Positions 30,823-39,398 of a stretch of DNA of 55,305 nucleotides are shown here, one piece after another. Where the stretch lies: NCBI GenBank assembly GCA_016193335.1, contig JACPSK010000004.1, positions 1-55,305 on the forward strand. The letters run 5' to 3'. The notes under the pieces are model-generated. The model saw nothing but the letters and a program-made list of their open reading frames with translations. It made no database searches and had not been told where the DNA came from. Position numbers and translations under genes: made by a program. The stretch is from Candidatus Magasanikiibacteriota bacterium. Its GTDB lineage: Bacteria > Patescibacteriota > Patescibacteriia > Magasanikbacterales > UBA922. Each line of letters begins with the position of its first letter. Position 1 is the stretch's first letter.

Positions 30823-32220
30823 TTATTTCAAGAGGCGTTTGATATCTGCTCCGCTGAGCTCAACCTCGAGGAAGATTCCTTTTTCGAGTTCTTTTTTAGG
30901 TATATAATTGTTTTCCCAATCTATTTCTTCAAGGCTATCCCCCACTATTGTTTTTCCTCCATTGTATCCTATATAGACATTTGGGTCCGCGACCGCCCAC
31001 TCTTTGTTAAGCTCCACAAGTAAAATAAAACCTATGCTTTCTTCGCCCGTATTATCACACCAGCCGCTCCATGGAGCCTCGTTGTCTGGGAAATCCAGTA
31101 TTGTTTTAAATTGATATATATATTCTTCAGGATATTCATTTATCTCCCACACCTTTAATTCATCACCGTCGTTCCAGTCTTCCGCGTTTCTTTTTTTTGC
31201 TTTACTTGAATTTGGTCCTTTGCATATACCGATGACTTCCGTACCACTGGAGTCCAACCAAGTTCCAGATTCAAGCGTATCCCATTTGATACCCACCAAA
31301 GGAATTTCTTTTTTGAGTGCTTCCCAGGAAAAGGCAAGCTTCATATTCAGAATAATATTGCCGAACCAACAAGTGAATCCAGGTATTTTTTTGTTTTGCT
31401 TAACGTCAAAAGGGCTACAAGTGGAATCTGTGTTGCAGGCCGAACCCACGCAACTCTGCATTCCGGCATTTTCAACAAAGTATTGGTCCCCGCAATTCAA
31501 TTTATTTTTATCCGCGAGTGTGTAAGAATTATTTTTGACCACTTCTTCATACTTGCTTTTTAATTTTTTATCTTTTAAAGGACTGTCTTTTGTGAAAGCC
31601 AAGGCGGTTTTTTCTTCGTCCTGGAGATTTTTGCAGAATTCAGGGGCATAGCCCTGTGTATTGATGAGCCAGATTTGAGGCAGTCTCAAATTTACCAGAT
31701 AGGGATTTATGGTCACCAAAATCGTGTAAGAAAGGGCGAGAAGCACGAGACCCATTATGGCCCCGCCTATTCGTTTTTTGGCTGATTCAATGAGCGCGCT
31801 ATTTCCTCCGGACACGGTCCATTGCACGGCGGCTATCAGTATCATGGCCACCGCCACTACGCCGCTTGCCCAAACACCGTACTCGTATACCGTTTTTATA
31901 AAATCGCCTATATGTTCAAATTCTCGTCTGCCGCCAAAAGCAATGGCTGTTTTTGTTTTCCCGGCCGGGAGACAAAAACCGAATTCTTGCTCTTTGTTTT
32001 GTTCGTCTCTGTAAGTTCCACAGCCTTTGCTTGATTGCTCGCTTACCACAAACCCATCAATATAGGTTTGTTCCGATTGGCTGGGATACATGTCTTTGCG
32101 GATGGCAATGCAGTCCGGTTTTTTCCAACAGCGCTGGTCCAACTGGGCAGAAGCCGCGAGAGGCAGAGCGGTATAGAGGAGAAAGCCGATGAGCGCTGTT
32201 ATGCGCAATGCGCGTTTCAT
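30823..32220 (-). CDS. secreted/membrane Cys-rich protein with a VirB2/TrbC-pilin-like two-helix core
   Basis: Signal peptide MKRALRITALIGFLLYTALPLAASA. Two TM helices flank SGGNSALIESAKKRIGG. The ~270-aa C-terminal domain has many Cys. The family call is tentative. Confidence 0.5.
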   Translation of the reverse strand: MKRALRITALIGFLLYTALPLAASAQLDQRCWKKPDCIAIRKDMYPSQSEQTYIDGFVVSEQSSKGCGTYRDEQNKEQEFGFCLPAGKTKTAIAFGGRREFEHIGDFIKTVYEYGVWASGVVAVAMILIAAVQWTVSGGNSALIESAKKRIGGAIMGLVLLALSYTILVTINPYLVNLRLPQIWLINTQGYAPEFCKNLQDEEKTALAFTKDSPLKDKKLKSKYEEVVKNNSYTLADKNKLNCGDQYFVENAGMQSCVGSACNTDSTCSPFDVKQNKKIPGFTCWFGNIILNMKLAFSWEALKKEIPLVGIKWDTLESGTWLDSSGTEVIGICKGPNSSKAKKRNAEDWNDGDELKVWEINEYPEEYIYQFKTILDFPDNEAPWSGWCDNTGEESIGFILLVELNKEWAVADPNVYIGYNGGKTIVGDSLEEIDWENNYIPKKELEKGIFLEVELSGADIKRLLK

Positions 32221-32242
32221 ATGGATATGGATGTGGAAGTTA

Positions 32243-33022
32243 TTATCTTTTAAGATTTTTAAGTATGGTCTCTGCCCATACGGAAGCCGGTGCTACGCCT
32301 TCTATAATGTCTTGATTCACGAAATAGGTGGGAGTTCCGCGCACGCCGAGTTCTACCGCGTCGAGCATGTCTTGCTCTATATTCGATTGGTATCGTTTTG
32401 TTTGCAGGCATTGTTTGAAGCGAGCCATGTCCAACCGTAAGGTTTCAGCGTAAGCAAGCAAGGCTGTTTCGTCCAGGTTTTTATTTTCAAATACAAGCCG
32501 ATAATATTCCCAGAATGCTTTTTGTTCTCCGGCGCAGGAGCTGGCCAGTGCCGCGTCCATGGCCTGAGGATGGATGGCTGTGAGAGGCAGATGCTTAAAA
32601 GTTATCTGCGCCGCTGATCCATATGTGTCTATGACCTGGTTAAATACGCGGTATGATTCTTGGCTGAAGGGGCATTGGAAATCTATGAAGGCTATTATGT
32701 TGATTTCAGCTTCGGGGTTTCCTATTTTGGGGTTGTGAGGGCGTATGAATGAGGCCGGGTTCTGCTCGCTTTTTTCTCTTTTTTGCGCGTTGGCATCGGC
32801 CAAGGTGAAGCGCGGTTTTTCAAATTCTTGGGAAAAATTTTTCAGCCGTCCTGCGTCTCCAAATCTGAATTGCCAAAGATAATATACGAATAAGGCCGTA
32901 AAAATGAGGGCGGCCAGACCGAAAAGAGAGGCAAGAATGGTCAAGCATATTTTGCCCGCCCGCGCGGTAGACGGACCGAATCCATGCTTTTTTTTTGGCG
33001 GGTCTATGGCAGGTGAGTCCAT
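32243..33022 (-). CDS. membrane-anchored DsbA-like thioredoxin-fold protein with a CXXS (CPFS) active-site variant
   Basis: N-terminal TM helix, FIDFQCPFSQ, and the cis-Pro loop RGTPTYFVN. Confidence 0.7.
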   Translation of the reverse strand: MDSPAIDPPKKKHGFGPSTARAGKICLTILASLFGLAALIFTALFVYYLWQFRFGDAGRLKNFSQEFEKPRFTLADANAQKREKSEQNPASFIRPHNPKIGNPEAEINIIAFIDFQCPFSQESYRVFNQVIDTYGSAAQITFKHLPLTAIHPQAMDAALASSCAGEQKAFWEYYRLVFENKNLDETALLAYAETLRLDMARFKQCLQTKRYQSNIEQDMLDAVELGVRGTPTYFVNQDIIEGVAPASVWAETILKNLKR

Positions 33023-33152
33023 ACGAGAGAATTTTCATTTTTACATGACTCTGGTATCGCGACTATGGCAAAGGGATTCGTCTCATGTCCAGAGATGAAT
33101 TCAAAAGCATTTTATAGTATAGCATAGAGTACTCAAATTCGACAGGTTCTGC

Positions 33153-33181
33153 TTGACAAAAAGGTGCTCTCATGATATGGT
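33153..33181 (+). promoter_or_regulatory. promoter candidate TTGACA-17-TATGGT
   Basis: ttgaca at 33153-33158 and tatggt at 33176-33181, upstream of secG. Confidence 0.4.
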
Positions 33182-33296
33182 GTTTTGGCTCTCTATAAAG
33201 TACTTGTATATTTTTGCTTTTTAAGCTACACTAGTAGCTGAGTTTCCGGCCAATTTTAAAATGTCGGCCGCGTTCTAAAGTTCTAAATGTTTTTTT

Positions 33297-33515
33297 GTGC
33301 TTACTTCAATCATATCAATTCTACAAATTATTTTGGCCGCTTTGTTAATTTTGGTTGTTTTGTTGCAACAAAAGGGTTCGGGTCTTGGGGCGGCTTTTGG
33401 AGGTTCAAACACCGTGTATACCACGAAACGAGGCGTGGACAAAGTTTTGTTCCAATCCACTATTGTCATCTCTATTTTATTCTTCGCTACGGCCCTCGCG
33501 AACGTTCTTCTCTAA
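33297..33515 (+). CDS. secG: preprotein translocase subunit SecG
   Basis: 72 aa, two TM helices, and LLQQKGSGLGAAFGGS, which is typical of SecG. Confidence 0.85.
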   Translation: MLTSIISILQIILAALLILVVLLQQKGSGLGAAFGGSNTVYTTKRGVDKVLFQSTIVISILFFATALANVLL

Positions 33516-33533
33516 ACGTTTTATTATTGTTTT

Positions 33534-35522
33534 GTGCCCAGTTTCCGTTTTCAAAAATTTTTTGATTTACTAAACAAAAAAAGACGCAACCCGCGTCCTA
33601 TCGTGTCTTTACGTCATGATCTGACCATGTTGCGCAAGGTTCGCGGACGGCGTCTTCCATCTCTCAAGCAATGTTTTCATATCAGGAGCATACTTAGTCG
33701 CTTCGAGGGTTTTGTCCTCAGTGTCGCGATTTTGGTTTTTTTCTTTGGCATTGTCTGGTTTTTGAAAAATGTCTCCGCGCAATTTAGAATAGAGGTGCCT
33801 GCCGTGGGCGCCGCCTATACCGAAGGAGTGGTCGGTTCGCCTCAGCTCATTAATCCACTTTTTGCAACCTTAAATGACGTGGATATGGATCTGGTGCGAC
33901 TCGTGTACTCGGGTCTTATGAGATACGATGAAAATGGCAGGCTGGTGATGGACTTGGCAAGCCGCTACGAAGTAAGTGAAGACAAAAAGACCTATACCTT
34001 TGAGTTGAAAAAAGATGTCCGCTGGCATGATGGAGAAATTTTTGACGCTGCGGATGTTTTGTTTACTTTTCAAGCCCTAAGAGACCAGGCGGTAAGCAGT
34101 CCATATCGTCTTTCTTTTCAGGGGATTGAAGTAAGGGCTCTCGATGATTATACCGTGCAGTTTAGCCTGTCTGAGCCTTTCCAGTCTTTTTTGTCGAGCT
34201 TAACTCTTGGCATCTTGCCAGAACATATTTGGGCTAGTATCAGCATAGACACCATGCGTCTTGCGCAAAGGAATCTCAAGCCTATCGGCACGGGTCCTTA
34301 TTTTTTCAAACGTCTCTTAAAGGGCGAGTCTGGCTTTATAAGTTCGGTAGAGCTCGAGCGTTTTGAGGTTTTTTACCGTCAGCCTCCTTTTATAAAAGAA
34401 TTGGATTTTCAATTTTTTAGGGAATACGAAGGCCTTGACGGGGCCATAGAAGCCTTGCGTGAGGGGAAAATTCAAGGTCTCCAATTTATCCCATTCCATT
34501 TGAGGGAAAAGGTAAAACGCAAACACAATGTGTTATATACCCTGCAGCTTCCGCAGTATTCTGCTTTGTTTTTCAATCAGGATCATTCCGAGGTTCTCAA
34601 AGACAAGGAACTCCGCAAAGCCTTGGCCCAAGGTTTGGATAAGGAGCGCATCCTTAATGAGACCATTCTGAACGAAGGGACCATCATTAATGGCCCTTTG
34701 TTGCCCGGCAATCCGGGTTATGATCCGGAATTCGACAGCTACCTCTATTCTGTGGCAGAAGCAAATGCTCTCCTTGATAAAAAATGGAAAGCGATTGGGG
34801 CGGACATTTACCGTGAAGAGCTCAAACAACAGATTCTGGGGCAAAAAAAGGCCGAGATTGCCTCGAGCACTTCTCAGACAGATGGACAAAGTAATCCAGA
34901 TCCGGAGATTGATAAACGATTGGATCAAGAAGCTGAACAATCGGTAAAAGAACAGCTAAGCGAGGCTCAACTTTTTTACAGAAAAAATGAGGCTGGAGAT
35001 ATTCTGAAGTTCAAGATCGTTACTGCCGATACTCCGGAATATCAAAAAGCGGTCCACGTTATAGCAGGTTTTTGGCAAGAATTGGGAGTGGCAACCGAAA
35101 TTAGCTTGGTTCCTCCCAAAGATATGGCCCGGGAAGTTTTGCGGGGTCGAAATTATGATGTTTTACTCTACGGAGTTATCGTAGGCAGTGACCCGGATCA
35201 ATTTCCTTTCTGGCATTCATCGCAGATTGATTACCCCGGTTTGAATTTGTCCCGTTATGTCAACAGAAACGTGGATACTATCATACAGAAGGCCAGGGAA
35301 ATTTCGGATCAAACAGAGATCGAATCTTTATTTAAGAAATTTCAAGAGGCTGTGCTTGAAGATATTCCCGCGATATTTTTGTACACCCCGACCTATACCT
35401 ATGTTCTAAGCGATAAGATACAAGGTTTTGACACTAAACGCATCGCCCATCCCTCGGATCGTTTTGCTGGCGTGAACAGTTGGTATATAAAGACGAAACA
35501 TACATGGAGTTTCAAAAGATAA
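33534..35522 (+). CDS. family-5 extracellular solute-binding protein (peptide/oligosaccharide ABC-type SBP, OppA-like), membrane-anchored
   Basis: N-terminal TM helix FVLSVAILVFFFGIVWFL followed by an SBP_bac_5-like body (YTFELKKDVRWHDGEIFDAADV, GTGPYFF). The start is uncertain: GTG 33534 or ATG 33627. Confidence 0.75.
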   Translation: MPSFRFQKFFDLLNKKRRNPRPIVSLRHDLTMLRKVRGRRLPSLKQCFHIRSILSRFEGFVLSVAILVFFFGIVWFLKNVSAQFRIEVPAVGAAYTEGVVGSPQLINPLFATLNDVDMDLVRLVYSGLMRYDENGRLVMDLASRYEVSEDKKTYTFELKKDVRWHDGEIFDAADVLFTFQALRDQAVSSPYRLSFQGIEVRALDDYTVQFSLSEPFQSFLSSLTLGILPEHIWASISIDTMRLAQRNLKPIGTGPYFFKRLLKGESGFISSVELERFEVFYRQPPFIKELDFQFFREYEGLDGAIEALREGKIQGLQFIPFHLREKVKRKHNVLYTLQLPQYSALFFNQDHSEVLKDKELRKALAQGLDKERILNETILNEGTIINGPLLPGNPGYDPEFDSYLYSVAEANALLDKKWKAIGADIYREELKQQILGQKKAEIASSTSQTDGQSNPDPEIDKRLDQEAEQSVKEQLSEAQLFYRKNEAGDILKFKIVTADTPEYQKAVHVIAGFWQELGVATEISLVPPKDMAREVLRGRNYDVLLYGVIVGSDPDQFPFWHSSQIDYPGLNLSRYVNRNVDTIIQKAREISDQTEIESLFKKFQEAVLEDIPAIFLYTPTYTYVLSDKIQGFDTKRIAHPSDRFAGVNSWYIKTKHTWSFKR

Positions 35523-35530
35523 TAAGCTTA

Positions 35531-35568
35531 CTTGTAATTTTTAGTTTATAATTTATAAACTAAAAATT
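35531..35568. repeat. palindromic copy of the A/T-rich motif
   Basis: ttgtaatttttagtttataa/tttataaactaaaaatttca, so both orientations are fused. Confidence 0.5.
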
Positions 35569-35594
35569 TCATTGTGAATAATCCTGGAAAAAGT

Positions 35595-35676
35595 GCCGCG
35601 GTGGCGGAACTGGCAGACGCGCGTGATTCAGGTTCACGTATCGCAAGATGTGAGAGTTCGAGTCTCTCCCGCGGCA
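35595..35676 (+). tRNA. tRNA-Leu (anticodon CAG), class II with long variable arm
   Basis: gccgcgg-tg-gcg-gaactggcaga-cgc-g-cgtga-ttCAGgt-tcacg-(tatcgcaagatgt)-gagag-ttcgagt-ctctc-ccgcggc-a. CCA is not encoded. Confidence 0.85.
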
Positions 35677-35839
35677 CTTTTTCCAGGATATACCTCAGAG
35701 TTTTTATTTTTTTCTTTTCAGCTTAAATGCATGGAGGAATTTTACTCACTTTTTTTAAGAGTCTAAAAACAGACGCTTTTCAGCTTTGAAGGGAGCTGCG
35801 GAAACTTCGTTTTGGCTCTGGAGTCATACATATATATAT

Positions 35840-37699
35840 ATGGATCTGTCAACGCAAACGGTATCTCAGCCTCGTCCGTCTTCCAGGCCTTCGGGACAAA
35901 CCTCTCGAAATTCAGCCAAAAAAAGACGTCATGGGACTTTTGGCCGCCAACAGAAAAAAGACGGCCCCCCGTCTCGATTTGACCAGAGGCCCGCCTCTTC
36001 TGTCCGGCACCTTTCGCCTCCACAAGGTGTTTCTCAAAATACCTTGCGGATCATCACGGTTGGCGGCTGTGAAGAAGTGGGAAGAAATATGACCATATTC
36101 GAATATGGCGATGATATCATTATTCATGATATGGGTCTTCAGTTTCCTGAAGAAGACATGCCGGGGATCGATTATATTATCCCGAACATCAAATACTTGA
36201 AAGGCAAAGAGAGAAAAGTCAGGGGAGTTGTATTCAGTCATGGCCACCTCGATCATATAGGAGCGGCGCCTCTTCTTTTGGAACAGCTCGGCTATCCTCC
36301 GATTGTAGGTATGCCTTTAACCCTCGCGATGATAAAGCACAAACAGGAAGATTACAAAAAGGGAAGCATTAAATCTCTCAAGACCATTACCATAAAGAAT
36401 GTTCATGAACATGTGTCTTTGGGTTCTTTTAGAGTTGGATTTTTTCAGGTGGAACATTCCATTATGGATTCAGTGGGAGTGCGTATAGAGACTCCGGTAG
36501 GGACTGTTTTGCATCCCGGAGATTGGACTATGGAACGGGATAGGGAAGGGAAGACGCATATTACCTATGATCATCTGAGAGACGTGAAAAAGCCAAGCAT
36601 TCTTATGCTCGAAAGTTTGGGCGCTTTGAAAGAGGGCCGTCACGCCACTCATGAGGAGCTCTATGAAAATTTGTATACTATCATGGGTAAGGCTGAAGGA
36701 AGGGTGATCATAGCAACCTTTTCTTCTCAGGTGGAACGAGTGAAATGGGTTATAGAGGCCGCCCAGAAGCTCAACAAAAAAGTCGCCTTGGATGGCTTTA
36801 GCATGAAAAAGAATATTGAAATAGCCAAAGAATTGGGTTATGTGAAACCGAAGCGTGGCGTGCTTATCGATGTCCGCCAGATAGATAATTTTAAAGATAA
36901 CCAAATCGTGGTGGTTTGCACGGGTGCTCAGGGAGAAGAAAACGCGGTTTTGAACAGAATCGCGAGCGGCCAGCACCGCAGTGTAAACTTGCGGAAAACC
37001 GATACCGTAATTTTTTCTTCTTCGATTATTCCGGGGAATGAGCGCTCGATACAGAGACTCAAAGATAATATTTATCGCCAAAGCGATCATGTTATACATG
37101 GGGATTTGATGGATGTGCATGTGAGCGGCCATTCCACGAGACGAGATATTTTGGACATGCTGTCTCAAGTAAAACCCGACTATTATATTCCGGTTTTTGG
37201 CAACCATTTCTTTTTGAAAGAATCTCGGAATTTGGCCATTGAAAACGGTTTTGATCCTGGAAAAATTATCGTTCCGGACAATGGTTCTATTATAGAGCTT
37301 GACAAAAACGGTCTTCGCGTCTTGGATTATAAGGCTCCTGCGGATTACGTCTTTGTAGACGGACTTGGCGTGAGTGACACTCAGCAGATTGTTCTTCGAG
37401 ACCGGCAGGTTTTGGCCGAGGATGGCATGATCGTGATTATCGCGACTGTCGAGACCAAGACCGGCAAATTGGTTCAAAATCCGGATATTATTTCACGGGG
37501 TTTCGTGTTTCTTAAGGACAATAAAAAATTGATAGAAGACATACGGCACAAAGTCAAAACCATGGTCATAGCCTCCAATCCTTCCACTTGGGCGGACAGC
37601 AACCAGATTAGAAATGATGTGCGGGATAAAATAGGTCAATTTATTTTCACCAAGACTCAAAAGCGCCCTATGGTGCTCCCCGTAGTCATACAAGTGTAG
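35840..37699 (+). CDS. rnj: ribonuclease J (metallo-beta-lactamase/beta-CASP) with a ~70-aa basic Ser/Pro/Arg-rich N-terminal extension
   Basis: VGRNMTIFEYGDDIIIHDMG, HGHLDHIGA and HVSGHS motifs. ATG 35840 is preferred. Confidence 0.9.
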   Translation: MDLSTQTVSQPRPSSRPSGQTSRNSAKKRRHGTFGRQQKKDGPPSRFDQRPASSVRHLSPPQGVSQNTLRIITVGGCEEVGRNMTIFEYGDDIIIHDMGLQFPEEDMPGIDYIIPNIKYLKGKERKVRGVVFSHGHLDHIGAAPLLLEQLGYPPIVGMPLTLAMIKHKQEDYKKGSIKSLKTITIKNVHEHVSLGSFRVGFFQVEHSIMDSVGVRIETPVGTVLHPGDWTMERDREGKTHITYDHLRDVKKPSILMLESLGALKEGRHATHEELYENLYTIMGKAEGRVIIATFSSQVERVKWVIEAAQKLNKKVALDGFSMKKNIEIAKELGYVKPKRGVLIDVRQIDNFKDNQIVVVCTGAQGEENAVLNRIASGQHRSVNLRKTDTVIFSSSIIPGNERSIQRLKDNIYRQSDHVIHGDLMDVHVSGHSTRRDILDMLSQVKPDYYIPVFGNHFFLKESRNLAIENGFDPGKIIVPDNGSIIELDKNGLRVLDYKAPADYVFVDGLGVSDTQQIVLRDRQVLAEDGMIVIIATVETKTGKLVQNPDIISRGFVFLKDNKKLIEDIRHKVKTMVIASNPSTWADSNQIRNDVRDKIGQFIFTKTQKRPMVLPVVIQV

Positions 37700-37727
37700 T
37701 TGAAATTTGTAATTTTTATCTATCGAA

Positions 37728-37830
37728 GCCTATTCCTTCATAACATATTTTAAAAAGCCGGAGGACGAGTGCGAGAGCGAAGCGGGATGACTTCCGTAGG
37801 CTTTTTGAAATATGTTATGAAGGGATAGGC
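37728..37830. repeat. long hairpin element: 32-bp arms (2 mismatches) around a 39-nt GC-rich loop
   Basis: The left arm gcctattccttcataacatattttaaaaagcc (37728-37759) pairs with ggctttttgaaatatgttatgaagggataggc (37799-37830). The loop carries gcgagagcgaagcggg, which is also present (inverted) at 6168-6183. Confidence 0.8.
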
Positions 37831-37852
37831 AGGTATCTATCCACACTCTGAA

Positions 37853-37881
37853 TTGACTTTTTTTCTCTTGTAATCTATAGT
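37853..37881 (+). promoter_or_regulatory. promoter TTGACT-17-TATAGT of the aromatic operon leader
   Basis: ttgact at 37853-37858, a 17-nt spacer, tatagt at 37876-37881. The ATG lies 9 nt further downstream. Confidence 0.6.
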
Positions 37882-37890
37882 ATTTGCATT

Positions 37891-37941
37891 ATGCAAGGTA
37901 CAAGCTCAAGATCTTACTTTTATTTTTACTTTACCTCTTAG
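37891..37941 (+). CDS. 16-codon Tyr/Phe-rich leader peptide MQGTSSRSYFYFYFTS
   Basis: atg caa ggt aca agc tca aga tct tac ttt tat ttt tac ttt acc tct tag. It sits between a promoter and an intrinsic terminator, directly upstream of the Phe/Tyr biosynthesis operon. Confidence 0.6.
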   Translation: MQGTSSRSYFYFYFTS

Positions 37942-37994
37942 CCGAGGCCTTGTTGCTGTATCCCGCGAAAGAGCGGAAAATAAATTACAACATC

Positions 37995-38022
37995 AAGAAC
38001 CTCGGTAAGAGGTTCTTTTTTT
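37995..38022 (+). terminator. attenuator terminator upstream of aroA
   Basis: aagaacctc-ggtaa-gaggttctt plus a T run (9-bp stem). Its 5' arm cctcgg (38000-38005) can alternatively pair with ccgagg (37942-37947), which lies immediately after the leader stop codon. Confidence 0.7.
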
Positions 38023-38050
38023 CTATAACATTGATTGTACAATTCTACAT

Positions 38051-39340
38051 ATGGAATTGATCGTAGAAACAACTAATCGTCTCAAAGGCTCTGTAACTCC
38101 GCCTTCATCAAAATCGCACAGCGTCCGTGCTGTTCTTTTGGCGAGCCTTTGCAGAGGGACGAGCAAAATAAGGAATCTCCTCAAAAGCGATGATACGGAA
38201 GCTGCTTTGGACATAGCAAAAGCACTTGGGGCCAACATTGAAGAAAGAAAAGACATGCTTTTGCTTAATGGTTTTGGCCTTCCTCTTAATCCGAAAGACA
38301 GACTATTTTCCAGGGATTCGGGTATCAGTACAAAATTTACATTACCTCTTCTCGGTTTCCAGAAAGACGGAAACAAAACTATTATTCTCGACGCCGGGGA
38401 GCAAATGCGCAGGCGTCCCATTATGCCCTTGGTAGAGACTTTGAATAAACTCGGCATGAATATCGTTCCTGCAAGGTCCGATTGTCCTTTTCCTTTGGCT
38501 GTTTCAGGAATTTTGCGGGGAGGTATTGCGGAAGTGGATGGAAAAAGTTCACAGTATATTTCCGCGCTTTTACTGGCGCTTCCTCTCGCGCCCGCGGATT
38601 CGGTTATGAGGGTTAAAAACTTGCAAGAACGGCCTTACGTGGATATGACGCTTTCTTGGCTGGATCGTTTGGGAGTTTTTTATAAACATTCACACTCAGG
38701 AGATACAGATCTGTATGAAATTCCCGGTCAGCAAGCCTATCTGCCCTTTGAGATCAGTATTCCCGGAGATTTTTCCTCAGCCTCGTATACCATCGCGGCA
38801 GCCGCCCTTATCCATGGCGATGTGCTGGTTAAGGGATTAGACATGAATGATCCGCAGAGCGACAAACGACTAATTGAGATTTTGCGGGATATGGGCGCGG
38901 ATATACAAAAGCTTGCTGAAGGATTGCAGATCCGCGGCAGAGGGACTTTGCGCGGTATGACGATTGACGCGAATGATATTCCTGATATGCTTCCGACCCT
39001 TGCTGTTGTCGGCGCATGCGCAGAGGGCGAAACGCGTATCGTGAATGTGGCCCACGCGCGTATTAAAGAAACCGATAGGATTCATTCCATGTACGAGGGC
39101 TTGAAGGCGATGGGCGCGGATATAGAAGAACTCCCGGATGGTTTGCTTGTACGGCAGAGCCGTTTGACCGGCGCCCGGGTTCATGGCTGTCATGACCACC
39201 GCAGCGTGATGGCGCTTGCGCTTGCGGGCATGATCGCAGAGGGCCAAACGGTCATCGACACCGCTGAATCGGTTGGGAAAACCTATCCCGGATTTGTGGA
39301 AGATATGAAGGGATTAGGAGGGGTGATGGCTCTCGGCTGA
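38051..39340 (+). CDS. aroA: 3-phosphoshikimate 1-carboxyvinyltransferase (EPSP synthase)
   Basis: 429 aa; PPSKSHSVRAVLLASL, LGNSGT-like region, and KETDRI. Confidence 0.93.
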   Translation: MELIVETTNRLKGSVTPPSSKSHSVRAVLLASLCRGTSKIRNLLKSDDTEAALDIAKALGANIEERKDMLLLNGFGLPLNPKDRLFSRDSGISTKFTLPLLGFQKDGNKTIILDAGEQMRRRPIMPLVETLNKLGMNIVPARSDCPFPLAVSGILRGGIAEVDGKSSQYISALLLALPLAPADSVMRVKNLQERPYVDMTLSWLDRLGVFYKHSHSGDTDLYEIPGQQAYLPFEISIPGDFSSASYTIAAAALIHGDVLVKGLDMNDPQSDKRLIEILRDMGADIQKLAEGLQIRGRGTLRGMTIDANDIPDMLPTLAVVGACAEGETRIVNVAHARIKETDRIHSMYEGLKAMGADIEELPDGLLVRQSRLTGARVHGCHDHRSVMALALAGMIAEGQTVIDTAESVGKTYPGFVEDMKGLGGVMALG

Positions 39341-39361
39341 TTTTTATGACTATGATTGAAT

Positions 39362-39389
39362 AAAAATTATAAATGGTAAATTATAAATT
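39362..39389 (+). repeat. A/T-rich intergenic motif copy
   Basis: aaaaattataaatggtaaattataaatt. It ends 9 nt before ATG 39399. Confidence 0.6.
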
Positions 39390-39398
39390 CCAATATCT

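Noticed and set aside
33287-33573. Two alternative-frame ORFs (92 and 72 aa) overlapping secG.
   Set aside because: The 33297-33515 frame gives a canonical SecG sequence; the others have no support.
36470-37477. 335-aa antisense ORF within RNase J.
   Set aside because: It is opposite a well-supported rnj frame and has no recognisable motifs.
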